A stretch of 63,407 nt of DNA, filler included, from Octopus bimaculoides (Eukaryota), in assembly GCF_001194135.2 (NCBI RefSeq). It is 5 parts of 5 records of this genome, joined end to end, with 100 filler letters (N's around TTAATTAATTAA, not from the genome) between each part and the next. Parts side by side here need not be neighbours in the genome. Positions count along the whole stretch, not along the records: positions 55,053 to 63,407 come from NC_068984.1; 4 more parts are not named here. One strand, given 5' to 3'. Position numbers and translations under genes: made by a program. Below the pieces are notes generated by a model, which worked only from the letters and a program-made list of their open reading frames with translations, was not told the origin of the DNA and did not search any database. Position 1 is the stretch's first letter, and the number at the start of each line of letters is the position of its first letter. Shown here piece after piece: positions 60,352-63,407 of the stretch.

Positions 60352-60492
60352 ATTCAAGCAGTCTAATAAGTTGCTGACTTCAGTCTGTCCTTTGCACATG
60401 TACACTTGTTAGATACTTGACACTTCAACATTCTTTGATGCAAGCTTGTGATATGACAGGTTGTATTTTGTATGCGTGGGATCAGCCTGGAA

Positions 60493-60714
60493 ATGAAGAG
60501 CCAAAACAAATATTATCAACACCTCATGCTTTTTTATTTTCAAAAAGACAAGAAAGTGGCAGAAATCTGCAGGAAGATATGGGCTGTGTACAGACAGAAT
60601 GCTGTTATGGAATGTGGGTGCCAGAAGTGGTCTTGAAGACTTCCATCATTGATTGAGTAAATTGCTTTGAGTTTTAAACTTAAAAAAACAAATTGACTTT
60701 TTGCCAACCCAACA
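60493..60714 (+). mobile_element. Internally deleted mariner derivative (transposase N-terminus joined to a right TIR)
   Basis: MKSQNKYYQHLMLFYFQKDKKVAEICRKIWAVY..CQKW resembles the 8772 N-terminus; ends in GACTTTTTGCCAACCCAA, a mariner-type TIR. Confidence 0.65.
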
Positions 60715-60884
60715 TACATACATACATACACACACATGCATGCGCGCACACACATATACACACACATGCATGCGCGCACACACACATACACACACAGACA
60801 CACACATACATACATTCATACATACATACACACACGCATACACACATACATATATCAGTTGCATACAGTAATGCCAATCACTTA

Positions 60885-61273
60885 AAGTGAATGGAACTTG
60901 TGGAAGAGGGAGACCCAGGAAGACAAGGGACGAAGCATTGAAGGCTGATCTAAAGACACTGAGCCTTACGAAGGAGATGACTCAGGACCAAAATATGTGG
61001 TGCATTGCTGTACTCAAGAACACCCGTCCACCACAGCAGGATTCATACTGGTGCTGGTGTCACATTAAAAGTACTGGTGCTAGTGCCACATAAAATGCAC
61101 CTAGCACACTCTGCGGAGTGGTTAGTGTTAGGAAGGGCATCCAACTGTAGAAACTGTGCCAGAACAGACAATTGAGCCTGATGCAGCCCCTGGTCTAACC
61201 AGCTCTGATCAAACTGTCCAACCCATGCCAGCATGGAAAACGGACATTAAATGATGATGATGATGATGATGAT
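60885..61273 (+). mobile_element. RTE 3' end with (GAT)n tail
   Basis: NGTCGRGRPRKT..ADLKTLSLTKEM, then the 3' UTR. Confidence 0.85.
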
Positions 61274-61296
61274 ACATATATATAAATATATATGTA

Positions 61297-61590
61297 TCAT
61301 CATCATCATCATCATCATCATCGTTTAACGTCTGCTTTCCATGCTGGCATGAGTTGGACAGTTTGACTGGGGACTGGTGAGCCAGATGGCTGCACCGGGC
61401 TTCAAACTTATCTGGCAGAGTTTCTACAGCTGGATGCCTTTCCTAATGCCAACCACTCTGAGAGTGTAGTGGGTGCCACTGGCATGAGGGCCAGTCAGGC
61501 AGTACTGGTAACGCCCATGCTCAAATGGTGTTTTTATGTGTCACCTGCACAAGAGCCAGTCCAGCGGTACTGGCAACGCCCTCACTCGAA
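61297..61590 (-). mobile_element. RTE 3' UTR, inverted, tail-to-tail with the previous copy
   Basis: (CAT)n followed by the reverse complement of the shared UTR. Confidence 0.85.
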
Positions 61591-61614
61591 TGTTGTTTAT
61601 ATATATATATATAT

Positions 61615-62012
61615 AGTGGCTGTGTGTTAAGTAGCTTGCTTACGAACCACATGGTTCCGGGTTCAGTTCCACTGCATTTCACCTTGGGCAAGTGTCTTCT
61701 ACTATAGCCTCAGGACGACGAAAGCCTTGTGAGTGGTTTTGGTAGACGGAAACTGAAAGAAGCCCGTCGTATATATGTATATATATTTATATGTGTGTGT
61801 GTCTGTGTTTGTCCCCCCAACATCGCTTAACAACCGATGCTGGTGTGTTTACGTCCCCGTAACTTAGCGGTTCAGCAAGAAAGACCAATAGAATAAGTAC
61901 TAGGCTTACAAGGAATAAGTCCTGGGGTCGATTTGCTCAACAAAAGCCAGTGCTCCAGCATGGCTACAGTCAAATGACTGAAACAAGTAAAAGAGTAAAT
62001 GGGAGTAAAGAG
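61615..62012 (+). mobile_element. SINE family A, near full length
   Basis: AGTGGCTGTGTGTTAAGTAGC..GGTTCCGGGTTCAGTTCC head; aligns with 5016-5425. Confidence 0.9.
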
Positions 62013-62114
62013 TATATATATATATATATACATGTATACATATATATATATTTAATATTAGTGTTTGTTTTTATGTTATAATAAAAACAATTTTACACTG
62101 AATTGAAGGATTAC

Positions 62115-62613
62115 TGAATACATTTGGAAAAACTGGGTATAAGAGGCATCAGATGTTGTGTGCAAGAAAGAAAACTGAACTGGTTTGGCCATGTGATGTG
62201 TATGGATGAGGACAGCTGCATAATGAAGTGACAAACTGTAACTGTGGAGGGAACCGAAGAAGATGTGAGATGAAGTGGTAAGAAAGGGTCTTTGGATGCT
62301 GAGCCTCACTGAGGAAATGACATGAAGTTGTGGAAATTTGCTGTGCTTGAGATGTGTCAAGCTAAGTAAAATTGTTGTCATCCATACATACAGGCTTGTC
62401 CTTTGCAGGTGCTGGTGCCACATAAAATGCACTTGTGTCACCATGTCAGTGACACATAAAAAGCACTCAGCAAGCATCCATCACACTCTGTAAAGTGGTT
62501 TGCATTAGGAAGGGCATGCTACAACAGACAATTGGAGTCTGAACAGTTCCTCAGCTGACCAACTTCATGTCAAACCGTCCAACCTATGCCAGCATGGAAA
62601 ATGGATGTTAAGC

Positions 62614-62649
<36 letters not shown>
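62115..62649 (+). mobile_element. RTE 3' end with (GAT)n tail
   Basis: EKLGIRGIRCCVQERKLNWFGHV, then the 3' UTR. Confidence 0.85.
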
Positions 62650-62865
62650 AAAGAATAGTATTGATAGTGACTTCGCAGTGTCAGGTTGGTCAAAATTTCA
62701 AAATCACTGTCAATATTATTCTTGTTAAAGAATAGAATACATAGGTTAAATAGTCTTTAGTGAGGCAGAGCTATAGGGACCACACAGCCCTATGCTTTTT
62801 CTGCTCACTTGCCAACTACTTTTCAGTGTGTTTATGAGGTGTGTTTTCCTCAAGAGAGTTTGTCA

Positions 62866-63040
62866 CTCTCTTTACTCTTTACTCTTTACTTGTTTTAGTC
62901 ATTTGACTGCGGCCATGCTGGAGCACCGCCTTTAGTCTAGCAAATCAAACCCAGGACTTATTCTTTGTAAGCCTAGTACTTATTCTATCGGTCTATTTTA
63001 CCGAACCACTAAGTTACGGGGACGTAAACACACCAGCATC
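62866..63040 (-). mobile_element. SINE family A, 3' part
   Basis: Reverse complement of about 61840-62000. Confidence 0.88.
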
Positions 63041-63064
63041 AACCTGATCTAACAGCTTGATACA

Positions 63065-63407
63065 AATAATTACAGAGGCATCAAGCTGTTAGATCAGGTT
63101 ATGAAAGTTACAGAGAGGGTCATAGCCCAACTAATTAGGGAGTGAATCAATTTAGATGAGATGCAGTTTGGGTTCGTGCCAGGTAAAAGCACTACTGATG
63201 CCTTATTTCTAGTGAGACAGTTGCAGGAGAAATACCTAGCTAAGGATAAACCTCTGTACCTGGCTTTCGTTGACATGGAGAAAGCCTTTGACAGGGTCCC
63301 CCGATCCCTTATCTGGTGGTCAATGAGGAAACTTGGGATAGAAGAATGGTTAGTGAGAGCTGTGCGAGCCATGTACAGAGATGCTGCCAGTAAGGTGAGG
63401 GTTGGAA
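63065..63407 (+). mobile_element. RTE reverse-transcriptase domain fragment (runs off the window end)
   Basis: NNYRGIKLL..E*INLDEMQFGFVPGKSTTDALFLVRQLQEKY..LAFVDMEKAFDRVP. Confidence 0.93.

Overview
AT-rich, microsatellite-dense animal DNA with many N gaps. The SINE/RTE/Penelope repeat sequences look like octopus (cephalopod) families; this is inference from recalled repeats, not a database hit. I could not recognise any host protein-coding gene, rRNA, tRNA or CRISPR array, and most ORFs in the supplied track are microsatellite or N-run artefacts. The window is a transposon graveyard: a full-length decayed mariner, a DD37D (maT-type) remnant and a DD36E Tc1 remnant; several MITE/fold-back hairpins; two tRNA-type SINE families; RTE, Tx1/L1, R4/Dong-like and Penelope-like remnants; and a satellite made of heat-shock-element-like units. 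Four N44-TTAATTAATTAA-N44 spacers mark artificial scaffold joins. The most interesting signals are RNA-level. (1) Several Penelope-type minimal hammerhead ribozyme motifs. (2) A repeat present twice (about 57.95 and 59.0 kb) that contains all hammerhead core elements and helices in a non-circularly permuted order. (3) A composite insertion in which hammerhead-bearing inverted repeats enclose a Tx1-like LINE fragment inside a Tc1 transposase. All structures were folded by eye and none is tested. Approximate boundaries may be off by tens of bases.
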